Below, piece by piece: positions 8,125-18,583 of a DNA stretch of 64,000 nt. Each line of letters opens with the position of its first letter. Within the stretch, counting starts at the first letter, position 1. Under the pieces are notes generated by a model. That model was not told the origin of the DNA. It was given only the letters and a program-made list of their open reading frames with translations, and made no database searches. The translations under genes and the position numbers were made by a program. Origin of the DNA: Candidatus Poriferihabitaceae bacterium (GTDB lineage: Bacteria > Pseudomonadota > Gammaproteobacteria > Arenicellales > Poriferihabitantaceae); assembly GCA_965261915.1 (NCBI GenBank), contig CBDHDW010000013.1, forward strand, positions 551,663 to 615,662. Direction: 5' to 3'.

Positions 8125-8838
8125 TTACATCTGGTCCGCAAACTCAATGGTAACTCTTCGATTCTGTTTCCCTTTATTTTTAATACTTTTGACGCATACC
8201 GGACCAATTTCTCCGCTATTGGCGACATGTGTACCGCCGCAGGCCTGTAAGTCGGCGTCGCCAAATTTCACCAGCCTAACCTGCCCCGAACCGATTGGAG
8301 GCGCAACTGACATGGTTTTGACTAATTCCGGATTATTTTGCATCTCTTCATCCGAAATCCAGCTTAACGTCATCGGATGATTTTCCTGAATAATTTCGTT
8401 CAAACGCAATTCCAGATCGTCTTTTTCAGGCGGATCTGGTAGATCAAAATCCAGTCTTCCGCTACCATCACGAATAGATCCCCCGGTCACCGGCGCAGGA
8501 ATGACGACACAGAGCATGTGCATACAACTATGCATACGCATAAGACGATGCCTACGCTCCCAATCAATCTCCAACTCCAGAACTACACCCAATTCAGGTA
8601 ATGCGGAACCTTCCGCAATGATATGGATGATATCGCCGGTTTCCCGATTTTTCCGGGTATCGATAATCCCAAGCTTATCTGTATCATTAGCCATCGCAGT
8701 TCCAATATCGCCGGGTTGTCCGCCCCCGAGCGGGTAAAACACGGTTTGATCAGTGATGAATCCGCTTTCTACGATGCCTTTAACCACCGCTGTACAGCTT
8801 CGTAGGTAGCCGTCTTCCCGAAACAGTTCTTTTGTCAT
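8125..8838 (-). CDS. Alanyl-tRNA editing protein (AlaX-like)
   Basis: Carries the HSCMH and CGGTH zinc motifs of the tRNA-synthetase second additional (editing) domain. ATG at 8838 is preceded by GGAAAGAG; the ORF-track start at 8853 is a TTG. Confidence 0.7.
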   Translation of the reverse strand: MTKELFREDGYLRSCTAVVKGIVESGFITDQTVFYPLGGGQPGDIGTAMANDTDKLGIIDTRKNRETGDIIHIIAEGSALPELGVVLELEIDWERRHRLMRMHSCMHMLCVVIPAPVTGGSIRDGSGRLDFDLPDPPEKDDLELRLNEIIQENHPMTLSWISDEEMQNNPELVKTMSVAPPIGSGQVRLVKFGDADLQACGGTHVANSGEIGPVCVKSIKNKGKQNRRVTIEFADQM

Positions 8839-8889
8839 GATGACTCTTTCCAAATATTTATCGGATGAACTAACATATCCAGTTCATTG

Positions 8890-9837
8890 CTAACGCATTG
8901 ATTGTGCGATTTTTTCCCGCACCTGTTCAGCCACTTTAACGGCCGTGAGCCCGTCTTCTCCGGTAACTAACGGGCGGCGCTTCAGCTCAACACACTCGAT
9001 GAAATGCGCTAACTCCGCATTTAACGGCGGTTGTGCTTTAATTTCGATATCCTGATGCAGCAATTCAGGGAATCGACCGCCCTCTGGGATATCACCAGGT
9101 TTGACCTCCTCTATCTGCTGGTCAGCAAAATTCAAACCCAAATATCGGTTTTGAGAAAATACCCGAATCCGTCTGAACTGATTACGAGAAACTCGACTGG
9201 CCGTTACATTTGCCACTGCAGCATTGTCAAATTCAAGTCTGGCGTTAGCAATATCAACATGATCCGTGATCACCTTACAACCCGTCGCGGAAATGGACGC
9301 AAGAGGTGATTCAACCAATGACAGCACAATATCGATATCGTGAATCATTAAATCGGTGATAACATCGACATCGGTAGCGCGTTCCACAAATTTGCCAAGT
9401 CGATGAACCTCGATAAAACGCGGATCTTCTGCCATTTTTGCGAGTCGCATGACACCCTCATTAAACCTTTCGAGGTGACCGATTTGCAGAATCGCAGAAT
9501 GTTTATTTGCCAAATCAACAATTTCTTCACTTTCTTTTACGGTTGGAGCAATGGGTTTTTCCAACAAGGTATGAACACCTTTTTCAAGAAACTGTTTTGA
9601 TACCGGCAAATGCAAACTGGTCGGTACAACAATACTGACTGCATCAATCCGTTCCGCAAGATCACCAATCTCCAGCAACCCCTCACAGCCCAAATCTTTC
9701 GATACAGTTTTAACGGCATCAGCATCCGTATCGACCACTGCCATGAGCTCCACGTTTTCCATGTTTGCGTAAATCTTTGCATGAATCTTGCCAAGATAAC
9801 CAATCCCTATTACTGCAACTTTAAACTGCTTTGACAT
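8890..9837 (-). CDS. Gfo/Idh/MocA-family NAD(P)-dependent oxidoreductase
   Basis: N-terminal Rossmann motif VAVIGIGYLGKIHAKIY; length and layout fit the family. Confidence 0.75.
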   Translation of the reverse strand: MSKQFKVAVIGIGYLGKIHAKIYANMENVELMAVVDTDADAVKTVSKDLGCEGLLEIGDLAERIDAVSIVVPTSLHLPVSKQFLEKGVHTLLEKPIAPTVKESEEIVDLANKHSAILQIGHLERFNEGVMRLAKMAEDPRFIEVHRLGKFVERATDVDVITDLMIHDIDIVLSLVESPLASISATGCKVITDHVDIANARLEFDNAAVANVTASRVSRNQFRRIRVFSQNRYLGLNFADQQIEEVKPGDIPEGGRFPELLHQDIEIKAQPPLNAELAHFIECVELKRRPLVTGEDGLTAVKVAEQVREKIAQSMR

Positions 9838-9989
9838 GGTCTCAATATTAATAAATTTTGATTGTGAAATTAGATTTTATATAAACTGGGCGGCGCTACT
9901 GAACTCGAACTACCGACCCCAACAATCCTAACAAATTAGCGCTTCGTGAAACATTAAAAATAAATCATGCACGACGCCGATACAACACG

Positions 9990-10913
9990 CTAGCTGCACA
10001 TTTCAACGCAGCTCATCGGGCAACTCAAAATTGCCTGAGAGACCGCCGTAACCGCCTTTCCCCTGGGAAACCCCTTGCGCCACGCAAGAATTACATCGCG
10101 CATTGGTGCGATATCTTTAAATCTTTTCACCGCCAATAGTCGCCTAGAATACTCTTCTGCCCCAGCGGCTGAACAGGGTAGCACGGTGATCCCGACACCG
10201 CTTGCCACCATATGCCGAATAGTTTCGATGGAACCGCTTTCCAGAGACTTCTGCAGTTCACCATGCTCTGCCCCTGCTTCACAACCCGGACACCCAGCCA
10301 AAACCTGATCACGAAAACAATTACCATGTCCGAGCAGAAGTACCGTTTCTGATTCCAGACTCCTGGAGTGAACAGTGTCTGTTGATGCCAGCTCATGCGA
10401 TATCGGAACCACAACGACAAAAGGCTCTTTGTACATAATACGCGTATCGACACCGGGCTCTTTAAATGGGTTCGATACAATAATCAAATCCAGACTGCCC
10501 TGTTTTAATTTTACGCGTAAATCAGCAGTAAACCCTTCTTCAACGATAATTGCCATTTCTGGAACCTGTTCACGAAGAATAGGGATAAGATGCGGCAAAA
10601 GATACGGTCCAATTGTAAAAATCACACCTATACGGAGCGGCTCCACCAAATGACTGCTACCGGATTTAGCGATTTGCTTAACCTGATTGGCAGATTCCAG
10701 AACTTGTTGTGCCTGGGCGACAACTTGCTTACCCACGGCGGTTAGTACGATTTCGCTCGCACCACGTTCGAAAATTGTGATACCGAGTTCTTCTTCCAGT
10801 TTCTTTACGGCAACACTCAAGGTTGGTTGACTGACGAAACAGGAACGCGCAGCACGCCCAAAATGCTTTTCTCTGGCAACTGCGACAATATATCGAAGCT
10901 CGCTAAGGGTCAT
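9990..10913 (-). CDS. oxyR: LysR-family hydrogen-peroxide sensor/regulator OxyR
   Basis: HTH segment LRYIVAVAREKHFGRAARSCFVSQPTLSVAVKKLE. The redox Cys pair context LLLGHGNCFRDQVLAGC parallels E. coli C199/C208. Confidence 0.8.
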   Translation of the reverse strand: MTLSELRYIVAVAREKHFGRAARSCFVSQPTLSVAVKKLEEELGITIFERGASEIVLTAVGKQVVAQAQQVLESANQVKQIAKSGSSHLVEPLRIGVIFTIGPYLLPHLIPILREQVPEMAIIVEEGFTADLRVKLKQGSLDLIIVSNPFKEPGVDTRIMYKEPFVVVVPISHELASTDTVHSRSLESETVLLLGHGNCFRDQVLAGCPGCEAGAEHGELQKSLESGSIETIRHMVASGVGITVLPCSAAGAEEYSRRLLAVKRFKDIAPMRDVILAWRKGFPRGKAVTAVSQAILSCPMSCVEMCS

Positions 10914-10968
10914 AACACCAATTCAAATATAAAATCAGAATGGCCAATTAATCCTGGTGTTACGGGAC

Positions 10969-11586
10969 TCAGTGCATCAAGGCCAGATCAGAAACCAGCG
11001 ATTGCGCGATATTGTCTGCTAATATACCCGTTTCATAGTGGTATTCAGGATGACTTACACCCATTGTTATAGTGGCGCCTTTTTTTGCTGCCTCGATCAT
11101 TTCAGTTTGCAATTCGAAACGAAGAAAATGTACAGCAGATGTTTTTGTTTCGGTCTCACGTACCAAATCTTCATTAGCAATGGGGTTAACACGTTCCAAA
11201 TCGGCTACCCGAACCCAAATCTGATTTTCGATTCCGATAAAACGCTCCAACGCAGCCTTTCGTTCCAACTCATCTTCGAATTCGATCATAAAAGTGGCTT
11301 TCCAGTTACTTCCATTAGGAATCAATGGGTTATAAGCTTCCAATTGTTCTTCGATGGCAATAGTTTGAAAAACCTTTTCGACCCGCAAAATCTCCTGAAT
11401 CTGGTATTGCATGGTAATTCTATCTTCAAAATACAAACGCGCATTGGGGCCCAACGCGATCTGACGATTCTTTTTATGCTCAATTACCTGCCGTCGATAA
11501 TCATCCCGGCATTCTGCATATCGTTCCAGTGAAAGCAAGTTGTCTCGACTTAAAACGTGATTTTCTCTAACTATTATCTCTTTCAT
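10969..11586 (-). CDS. DUF3501-family protein
   Basis: 205 aa, recognised by overall similarity to DUF3501 proteins. As I recall, these typically sit next to CCG-domain Fe-S proteins and rubrerythrin. Confidence 0.6.
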   Translation of the reverse strand: MKEIIVRENHVLSRDNLLSLERYAECRDDYRRQVIEHKKNRQIALGPNARLYFEDRITMQYQIQEILRVEKVFQTIAIEEQLEAYNPLIPNGSNWKATFMIEFEDELERKAALERFIGIENQIWVRVADLERVNPIANEDLVRETETKTSAVHFLRFELQTEMIEAAKKGATITMGVSHPEYHYETGILADNIAQSLVSDLALMH

Positions 11587-11637
11587 TTCAATATTTTAAC
11601 TAATATTATTAATCTATTTTATTATATAAATATAAAG

Positions 11638-12978
11638 CTATATTCCGTAAGCCTGACGAACCAGCGATATCGGATGCGATGTTGAACTGCCGTCGTTCAA
11701 CGCATGAGCGATAAATTTTCCTGCCATCGGGCAATCGCTGCCGTGATAGTCGGCTTCGAACTGCTTCACCTTATTTACCACTGGACGAACAATCTTCTTC
11801 GCAGCATCATAGTACTTTGATTTAACGCCGTAGGTTCCATCGTGGCCGCAGCAACGCTCAACTGCCATCACTTCTGTATCAGGAATCAATTCCAAACACT
11901 GCCGCGTTTTCTGACCAATCTTTTGCACTCGCTGATGACAAGCAACATGGTAGGCGACTTTACCCAGCGACTGCTGAAACTCAAGATTCAACGCACTCTC
12001 CTTGTGCCTGAGCATGAGGTACTCAAAAGGATCAAATATGGCATTCGCAACTTTGTGTACTGCTTCGTCTTCTGGAAACATTAGCGGAAGCTCCTGACGA
12101 AACATCAACACACAGGAAGGTACCGGAGCCATAATATCCCAACCCTTATCAACCATGTCCGCTAAAACAGGGATATTGACTTCTTTAGCCTTAGAAACAG
12201 ATTCAAGATCGCCCAACTCCAGTTTGGGCATTCCACAGCATTGCTCCTTATCTACCAACTGTACCGGAATACCATTATGTTCCAGCACCTTAACCATATC
12301 CTCGCCTAACTGGGGAGCGTTGTAGTTACCGTAACAAGTCGCGAATAAAGCCACTTTTCCGGAAGTTTTCCCTATGGGATTGGCGTTTGCTTCCTTTGGT
12401 TTCAGGTTTTTTAATCGTTTACGCAGGGTTTGGCTGTGATATTCCGGAATATCAGCCTCTGGATGAACGCCCAGGGCTTTATCCAGCACCTGCCGCAGCA
12501 ACGGCGTCTTATTTGCCATATTCACCGCATTGACTACCAGCGGAATACTGGCAAGCTTTCCTACCGCATCGGTAGCGGAGAGAATTTTTTCACGGGTTCT
12601 GGTTTTGCCCTGCTGAAATTTTGCCGCCTTGGCGCGCAGCATTAAATGCGGAAAATCAATATTCCATTCATGCGGCGGAATATACGGGCATTTAGCCTGG
12701 TAACACAGATCACAGAGGTAGCATTGATCAACCACTTTCCAGTAATCCTGCTTGTCGACACCATCTACTTGCATCGTTTCCGACTCATCAACGAGGTCGA
12801 AAAGCGTCGGAAAGGAATTACACAAACTCACACATCTTCTGCATCCATGGCAAAGCTCGAAAACTCGTTCAAGTTCTTCAAAAATACTATCCTGGCTATA
12901 AAAATCATCAGATTTCCAATCCAGGGGATGCCGTGTTGGCGCTTCCAGACCACCTTCTTTGATTGTTGTTACAGACAT
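11638..12978 (-). CDS. HdrD/GlpC-like (Fe-S)-binding oxidoreductase (two 4Fe-4S motifs + CCG domains)
   Basis: CHGCRRCVSLCNSFP and CYLCDLCYQAKCPY ferredoxin-type motifs, plus C-terminal CCG-type cysteine motifs (..CCGMP.., ..CCGHDG..). Confidence 0.75.
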   Translation of the reverse strand: MSVTTIKEGGLEAPTRHPLDWKSDDFYSQDSIFEELERVFELCHGCRRCVSLCNSFPTLFDLVDESETMQVDGVDKQDYWKVVDQCYLCDLCYQAKCPYIPPHEWNIDFPHLMLRAKAAKFQQGKTRTREKILSATDAVGKLASIPLVVNAVNMANKTPLLRQVLDKALGVHPEADIPEYHSQTLRKRLKNLKPKEANANPIGKTSGKVALFATCYGNYNAPQLGEDMVKVLEHNGIPVQLVDKEQCCGMPKLELGDLESVSKAKEVNIPVLADMVDKGWDIMAPVPSCVLMFRQELPLMFPEDEAVHKVANAIFDPFEYLMLRHKESALNLEFQQSLGKVAYHVACHQRVQKIGQKTRQCLELIPDTEVMAVERCCGHDGTYGVKSKYYDAAKKIVRPVVNKVKQFEADYHGSDCPMAGKFIAHALNDGSSTSHPISLVRQAYGI

Positions 12979-13074
12979 AATACTTTAGATTAAATTATAC
13001 ATTTATACTATTGATATTAATAGAATAATAAGATGTTAGATTTCTCTAACACCTTATATCCACTCTGCCAGGAA

Positions 13075-13488
13075 TTACATTTCATCCAGGGTTTTTTGGA
13101 ATTTGTTTGCGTGAGAACGTTCCGCTTTACCGAGTGTTTCGAACCAATCAGCAATTTCATCAAAACCTTCGTCACGAGCTGTTTTTGCCATGCCAGGATA
13201 CATATCAGTGTATTCGTGGGTTTCACCGGCAATCGCCGCTTTCAAATTATCTGATGTTCCGCCGATTGGCAGGCCAGTTGCCGGATCACCGCATTCTTCG
13301 AGATACTCTAAATGACCATGAGCATGACCGGTTTCACCTTCTGCAGTTGAACGGAAAACCGACGCAACATCGTTGTAACCTTCGATATCCGCTTTTGCAG
13401 CAAAATACAAATAACGTCTATTCGCCTGCGATTCACCTGCAAATGCATCTTTCAGGTTCTGTTCTGTTTTGGAATCTTTTAAACTCAT
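13075..13488 (-). CDS. Rubrerythrin-family diiron protein (no rubredoxin domain)
   Basis: 137 aa with [16 protein letters not shown].., [10 protein letters not shown] and ERSHANKF, which are ExxH diiron four-helix-bundle motifs. Confidence 0.8.
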   Translation of the reverse strand: MSLKDSKTEQNLKDAFAGESQANRRYLYFAAKADIEGYNDVASVFRSTAEGETGHAHGHLEYLEECGDPATGLPIGGTSDNLKAAIAGETHEYTDMYPGMAKTARDEGFDEIADWFETLGKAERSHANKFQKTLDEM

Positions 13489-13640
13489 TCGTTTACTCCT
13501 ATTCTTTGGTTTAGATCTAAATGTATGTCACCAATGACATGGACGAATTGTAGGGCAAGCAACATTATTAATCTAATTGATTGTATTAAATTGTTTGATA
13601 TATTTTAACTATTACCAAAAACAAAAACGGGTTGCGATAT

Positions 13641-14474
13641 ATGAGTACAAATAACAAACGCAGCGTCTTGATAACGGGTTGTTCCAGCGGGATTGGACTG
13701 AGTATCGCCAAAGGCTTGCACACAAGGGGCTACCGCGTCTTCGCATCGTGCAGAAAACAGCAGGATTGCGACCAAATTGAAGAATTGGGAATACGCAGTC
13801 CAATCATTGATCTGGATTGCGAAAATTCGATTTCCGAAGGTGTGGCGCTGGTTGTGGAAGAATGCGAAGGGCAAATCTTCGGATTGATCAATAATGGCGC
13901 TTATGGTCAACCCGGTGCGGTTGAGGACCTGAGTCCTGCGGCATTACGGGCACAATTCGAGACTAATGTCATTGGAACCCAGTACCTTACCAACCTGATT
14001 ATTCCCGCTATGCGAAAAAATAAACAGGGTCGAATTGTGCAAATAAGTTCGGTATTGGGGTTTGTCTGTCTGAAGTACCGCGGTGCCTACAACGCCAGCA
14101 AATATGCACTAGAAGCGCTGACCGATACCATGAGACTGGAACTGGCTGATACCGGCATCGAATTGAGCTTGATTGAGCCGGGACCCATAGAAAGCAAATT
14201 CAGATCAAATGCCTATAAGAAGTTTCTGCAAAATATTGATGAACGTAACAGCCACCATTCAAACGGCTACAACGCCGTAAAAACCCGACTGCTTAGTGAA
14301 AAACCAGTGAAATTTACCCTGCCCGCCGAAGCAGTACTCGACGTAACGATACATGCCTTGGAAAGCAAACGACCTAAATTACGTTACCGCGTAACGACGC
14401 CGACAAAAATATTTGCTGTTTTGAAGCGTTGTCTGCCAGACCGACTCCTCGACCGAATCCTGGGAAAAACCTGA
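13641..14474 (+). CDS. Short-chain dehydrogenase/reductase (SDR)
   Basis: TGCSSGIG cofactor motif and YNASK catalytic motif. ATG at 13641; the ORF-track start at 13632 is a TTG. Confidence 0.8.
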   Translation: MSTNNKRSVLITGCSSGIGLSIAKGLHTRGYRVFASCRKQQDCDQIEELGIRSPIIDLDCENSISEGVALVVEECEGQIFGLINNGAYGQPGAVEDLSPAALRAQFETNVIGTQYLTNLIIPAMRKNKQGRIVQISSVLGFVCLKYRGAYNASKYALEALTDTMRLELADTGIELSLIEPGPIESKFRSNAYKKFLQNIDERNSHHSNGYNAVKTRLLSEKPVKFTLPAEAVLDVTIHALESKRPKLRYRVTTPTKIFAVLKRCLPDRLLDRILGKT

Positions 14475-14488
14475 TCTCAACTAATTTT

Positions 14489-15367
14489 TTAGCGATTTTG
14501 AAGCGCTTCAATTCTTTCATCCAGCGGTGGATGCGACATAAACAACTTTTTAATCCCAAGACCGCGTGCGCCAGATATCCCGAATGCTGCCAATTGATCG
14601 GGCAAAACCGAAGGCTCGTGCTGTGCCTGCAGCCTTTGCAGTGCAGCAATCATTTTTTCCCTACCCGCCAGATCAGCTCCGCCTTCATCTGCGCGAAATT
14701 CTCGTTTACGACTAAAGTACATGACGATAATGGACGCCAGCACCCCTAGTACCAACTCAGCAATAATAGTCGTGATCCAGAAACCCGGTCCGTGCCCGCT
14801 TTCTGATTTGAAAATGGCTTTATCAACAAATTGTCCAATGATTCTGGAAAAGAAGATTACAAACGTATTCACTACACCCTGAATCAATGCCAGTGTAATC
14901 ATATCGCCATTGGCGACGTGGCTGACCTCATGCCCGACAACGGCTTCTGCCTCATCCTGAGTCATCGCATTCAATAAACCCGTACTGACTGCAACCAGCG
15001 CATTGTTGCGGTTCATTCCGGTGGCGAAAGCGTTAATCTGAGAAGAATCAAAAATAGCGACCTCCGGCACTCCGATTCCCGCAGCCTCCGCTTGCCTTTG
15101 TACCGTGGCTACAAGCCATACTTCCTGTGAATTTGACGGGTTTTCAATTACCCGAGCCCCAGAAAACCGCTTCGCCATGGATTTTGACATGGCAAGCGAG
15201 GCAAATGAACCAATCATACCGAACAAACCGGCCATGACCAGCAACGCCATTGGGTCCTGCCCCGTTTGAGCAAGATACAAATCAAAGCCCAGCAAACGCA
15301 TACTGATATTGAGAACAAACAATATCGCCATGTTTGTGACGAGAAAATACAGAACTCTTTTAATCAT
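14489..15367 (-). CDS. htpX: Membrane zinc metalloprotease HtpX
   Basis: [11 protein letters not shown] (HExxH), N-terminal TM helices, family-typical length of 292 aa. Confidence 0.85.
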   Translation of the reverse strand: MIKRVLYFLVTNMAILFVLNISMRLLGFDLYLAQTGQDPMALLVMAGLFGMIGSFASLAMSKSMAKRFSGARVIENPSNSQEVWLVATVQRQAEAAGIGVPEVAIFDSSQINAFATGMNRNNALVAVSTGLLNAMTQDEAEAVVGHEVSHVANGDMITLALIQGVVNTFVIFFSRIIGQFVDKAIFKSESGHGPGFWITTIIAELVLGVLASIIVMYFSRKREFRADEGGADLAGREKMIAALQRLQAQHEPSVLPDQLAAFGISGARGLGIKKLFMSHPPLDERIEALQNR

Positions 15368-15446
15368 TCGAGCTGCCTATTTAATAAGATTTATCACCAT
15401 GATATGGGTTGAATGCGATGAATATCAATATCCAGAAACGCAATGA

Positions 15447-15929
15447 CTAGAGCAAACCCAGCAGGGTTTCCGCATCGCTTACCGCAAATTTACCGGCTTC
15501 TTCAATGTTAAGATGCGTTACCACCCCGTCTTCCGCTATTAAAGCATAGCGTTGTGAACGCAATCCGAAGTTTCGCGCCGTTAAATCCAGTTCTAAACCC
15601 AACGCCTGTGTAAACGACGCACTGCCGTCTGCAATCATCAAAACCTTATCCCCAACATTGTGCGCCTCTCCCCATGCACCCATTACAAACGCATCATTAA
15701 CCGACAGACACCCTATTGTATCGACACCCTTGGCTTTAATCGCATCATGGTGCTCTACGTAGCCTGGTAAATGTGCAGCGGAACAGGTTGGCGTAAAGGC
15801 CCCTGGCAACGCAAACATCACCACTTTTTTTGCCGCGAATATTTCATCCGTGTTCATATCTTTTGCGCCATCAGAAGTCATGGTTGAAATCGTGACGTTT
15901 GGAATTTTTTCACCAATTTGTATAGTCAT
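15447..15929 (-). CDS. Peroxiredoxin, Prx5 subfamily
   Basis: 160 aa with the PGAFTPTCS active-site motif. Confidence 0.85.
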   Translation of the reverse strand: MTIQIGEKIPNVTISTMTSDGAKDMNTDEIFAAKKVVMFALPGAFTPTCSAAHLPGYVEHHDAIKAKGVDTIGCLSVNDAFVMGAWGEAHNVGDKVLMIADGSASFTQALGLELDLTARNFGLRSQRYALIAEDGVVTHLNIEEAGKFAVSDAETLLGLL

Positions 15930-16053
15930 TTATTACTCCTAAATTAAGTAAATTACACCGGGATTCATTTACAACCCGGGAATTCGTTTCAAAAAGAACT
16001 GACCCAATCATGATCAATTCACTCGATTGCCAATAGCAGATTTTAACAAATAC

Positions 16054-16920
16054 TTAAAGCAACCACCAAAGCACCAAAGACAGCACACCGACAGCCATAC
16101 CATTTCCGATCAGCACGAGCGATGCCACTACTTCAGGTTCTTGTTTGTATTGCTCTGACATCAAAAAATTCAGCACAGCGGGCGGCAAAGCAGAGAACAG
16201 CAGCAGGTTTGCCGCCTGAAGCTGATCAAGCGGGAGAATTGCCACAGCGATCAACCCAAATATCAGACCGGACAACGGCCCAACCAGTCCGCCAACCAAA
16301 CCGATTTGCAAATGTTCGATTTTGGTACTTCGCATTCTTACGCCCAATGAAAACAGCATGAGGGGTATTACGATATCCCCAAGCATTGAAATTGGCAGTA
16401 ATACAACATTCGGCAAAGTGATACCGGTGAAGTTAAACAACAGAGCCAGAGCGGTTGCCACATTAACAGGATTAGTTAACAAGCCCTTCCAGGATACCAC
16501 CCCACCAAATAAGTAAACTCCAAGGGTAAAGTGGCCAAAATTGCTAATTAAAAACAATATTACGGCGGCCGCCAATGCTTCATCACCAAACGCCAACACC
16601 GCAAGCGGCAGCCCCAAATTTCCACAATTATTAAACATCATGCTCGGCAGAAATGCTTTCATTGGATAATGTAAAAGACGGCCAACAATCCAGGAAATTA
16701 ACCCTGAACCCAGAACCACTATGACACAAGCCAGGATCAGCCATTGGTATTCCAGTACGGCAAATTCACCGCTGGAAATAACATCAAACGCCAGTGCAGG
16801 AACGAAAACACGCAATACCAGCCCATTGGCTACATCCATATCAGGCTTAAAACGAATGGCATAACAATAGCCCAGCGCAACGATGCTGACGACAGGAAAC
16901 AGGATTGAAAGAATTTCCAT
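16054..16920 (-). CDS. AEC-family (auxin efflux carrier-like) membrane transporter
   Basis: 288 aa, polytopic and hydrophobic. The N-terminus ILSILFPVVSIVALGY is typical of the family. Confidence 0.65.
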   Translation of the reverse strand: MEILSILFPVVSIVALGYCYAIRFKPDMDVANGLVLRVFVPALAFDVISSGEFAVLEYQWLILACVIVVLGSGLISWIVGRLLHYPMKAFLPSMMFNNCGNLGLPLAVLAFGDEALAAAVILFLISNFGHFTLGVYLFGGVVSWKGLLTNPVNVATALALLFNFTGITLPNVVLLPISMLGDIVIPLMLFSLGVRMRSTKIEHLQIGLVGGLVGPLSGLIFGLIAVAILPLDQLQAANLLLFSALPPAVLNFLMSEQYKQEPEVVASLVLIGNGMAVGVLSLVLWWLL

Positions 16921-17059
16921 TTACTCGGATTACACAATGTAATGATGAGCGCTGAGATTGCATCAAGATGCTGATTTGTTCAACTCCTTTTAAATCTCAA
17001 ATCCAACCTGCAACAATTCAATTACTTAGCCAAACCCAAATTCGTTTTTAAGTTCAAAG

Positions 17060-18583
17060 GTAACTGCCCAGGTACCCTAAGGAATAATTCTCTTGCCTGA
17101 GGAATCCCGATGTGATTCATTAAGATTATGATTTTTCCAGACGCACCCAAAGGTTATGTTTCCGTTGAGGCTTATGAAGAGCTGAAGCAGAAGAATGCAC
17201 AAACGATAGCCCTGCTTGTGGCTCGCATTGAAGACCTTGAGCGTCGCCTCAGCTTGAACAGCAGCAACAGTAGCAAGCCGCCTTCAAGCGACGGCCTAAA
17301 GAAGCCCAAGGCTGAACCCAGAACCAAAAGTCTGCGGAGAAAATCCGGTAAAAAGTCAGGCGGGCAGAAAAGCCACAAGGGAAGCACTCTGTGCCAAACG
17401 GCAGATCCCGATCATGTTGAAGATCACTTTCCTTCTGTCTGCGGGCAATGTGGCACACCGCTGTCGCCATCAATGGCAGAGGATTACGCCGCACGACAGG
17501 TGTTTGACCTGCCCGAGCCACAGCCCTTGGTGACAACCGAACACCGGGCGCATATCTGCCTTTGTGGCCACTGTGGAGAAACAACCAAGGCGGCGTTTCC
17601 TCTGGAAGTAAAGGCACCCGTGCAGTACGGGCCACGCATCGCCGGAGTGGCAACATATCTCCAATGCGCCCATTTCCTGCCGGAAGACAGACTGGCGCAA
17701 ATAATGGCCGATTTGTTCAATGCCCCTTTGGTTCCTGCCACTGTGGCCGCCATGAACCGCAAAGCATCAGAGCGGCTCAAGGGGGTTGCTTCTCACCTGC
17801 AGGATGTGATCGCCCAACAGGTCCACGTCAAACATCTTGACGAGACGGGTTTCCGGATTACGGGGTGCCTGCAATGGCTTCACGTTGCCTGTACACCGCT
17901 TCTGGCTTTCTACCGGGTCAGCAGCAAACGCGGTAATCTGTTATCCAATCTCACGGGCTGTATCGTGCATGATCATTGGCAGCCCTACTTCACGCTGGAT
18001 GGTGTTACCCATGCGTTGTGCAATGCACACCATTTACGGGAACTGCAAGCGTTGGTCGAAATCGAACAGGAAGATTGGGCTGGTCAGATGCAAAGGCTAC
18101 TGCGGCGTGCGCACCATGTCACACAGGCCGCGCGGGATAAGGGCGTGGCGGTTTCAACGCCGCTTGTTGCGCTTATTAATCGGCGATACGACAGGATCAT
18201 CACCGCAGCATTGGATTTCCATGAGGAATTGCCTCCACTCGTGCCGCCAAAACCCGGAAGACGGGGGCGCAAGAAGCGACGGACAGGACATAATCTGGCT
18301 TTACGATTGCGCGATCACAAGGAAGGCACCCTGCGCTTTCTGACAGATCCCGACGTACCCTTCACAAACAACGAAGCTGAACGCGACCTGCGGATGATGA
18401 AACTACGTCAGAAAATATCGGGCGGGTTCAGGTCTGAACAAGGTGCAGAGGATTTTGCGACCCTGCGCAGCGTCATCACAACGGCCAGAAAACAAGGATG
18501 GAACATCATCGAAACACTGATGATGCCTGCCGATCAGATTATCGCAACACTGAAATACGCTTAAAAACAACCTGGGCAGTTAC
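17060..18583 (+). mobile_element. IS66-family insertion sequence type 1, copy 2 (1524 bp)
   Basis: Same termini as copy 1. A perfect 8-bp direct repeat GTTCAAAG flanks it (17052..17059 and 18584..18591). Confidence 0.9.
17128..18564 (+). CDS. IS66-family transposase (TnpC-like)
   Basis: 478 aa, differing from the copy-1 protein at only a handful of residues. Confidence 0.9.
   Translation: MIFPDAPKGYVSVEAYEELKQKNAQTIALLVARIEDLERRLSLNSSNSSKPPSSDGLKKPKAEPRTKSLRRKSGKKSGGQKSHKGSTLCQTADPDHVEDHFPSVCGQCGTPLSPSMAEDYAARQVFDLPEPQPLVTTEHRAHICLCGHCGETTKAAFPLEVKAPVQYGPRIAGVATYLQCAHFLPEDRLAQIMADLFNAPLVPATVAAMNRKASERLKGVASHLQDVIAQQVHVKHLDETGFRITGCLQWLHVACTPLLAFYRVSSKRGNLLSNLTGCIVHDHWQPYFTLDGVTHALCNAHHLRELQALVEIEQEDWAGQMQRLLRRAHHVTQAARDKGVAVSTPLVALINRRYDRIITAALDFHEELPPLVPPKPGRRGRKKRRTGHNLALRLRDHKEGTLRFLTDPDVPFTNNEAERDLRMMKLRQKISGGFRSEQGAEDFATLRSVITTARKQGWNIIETLMMPADQIIATLKYA

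Noticed and set aside
9888-9945. tRNA-like fragment (minus strand ..GGGGTCGGTAGTTCGAGTTCAGTAGCGCCGCCCA) between the oxidoreductase gene and oxyR
   Set aside because: It contains a GTTCGAG T-loop-like heptamer. However, the flanking bases do not form a T-stem or acceptor stem, and no D or anticodon arm can be drawn. At most it is a decayed remnant.
13598-13612. OxyR-type operator upstream of the rubrerythrin gene (ATAT-N7-CTAT)
   Set aside because: Only one half of the ATAG-N7-CTAT-N7-ATAG-N7-CTAT tetrad is visible, and it lies in AT-rich DNA where such matches occur by chance. It is mentioned in the cluster finding but not annotated as a feature.
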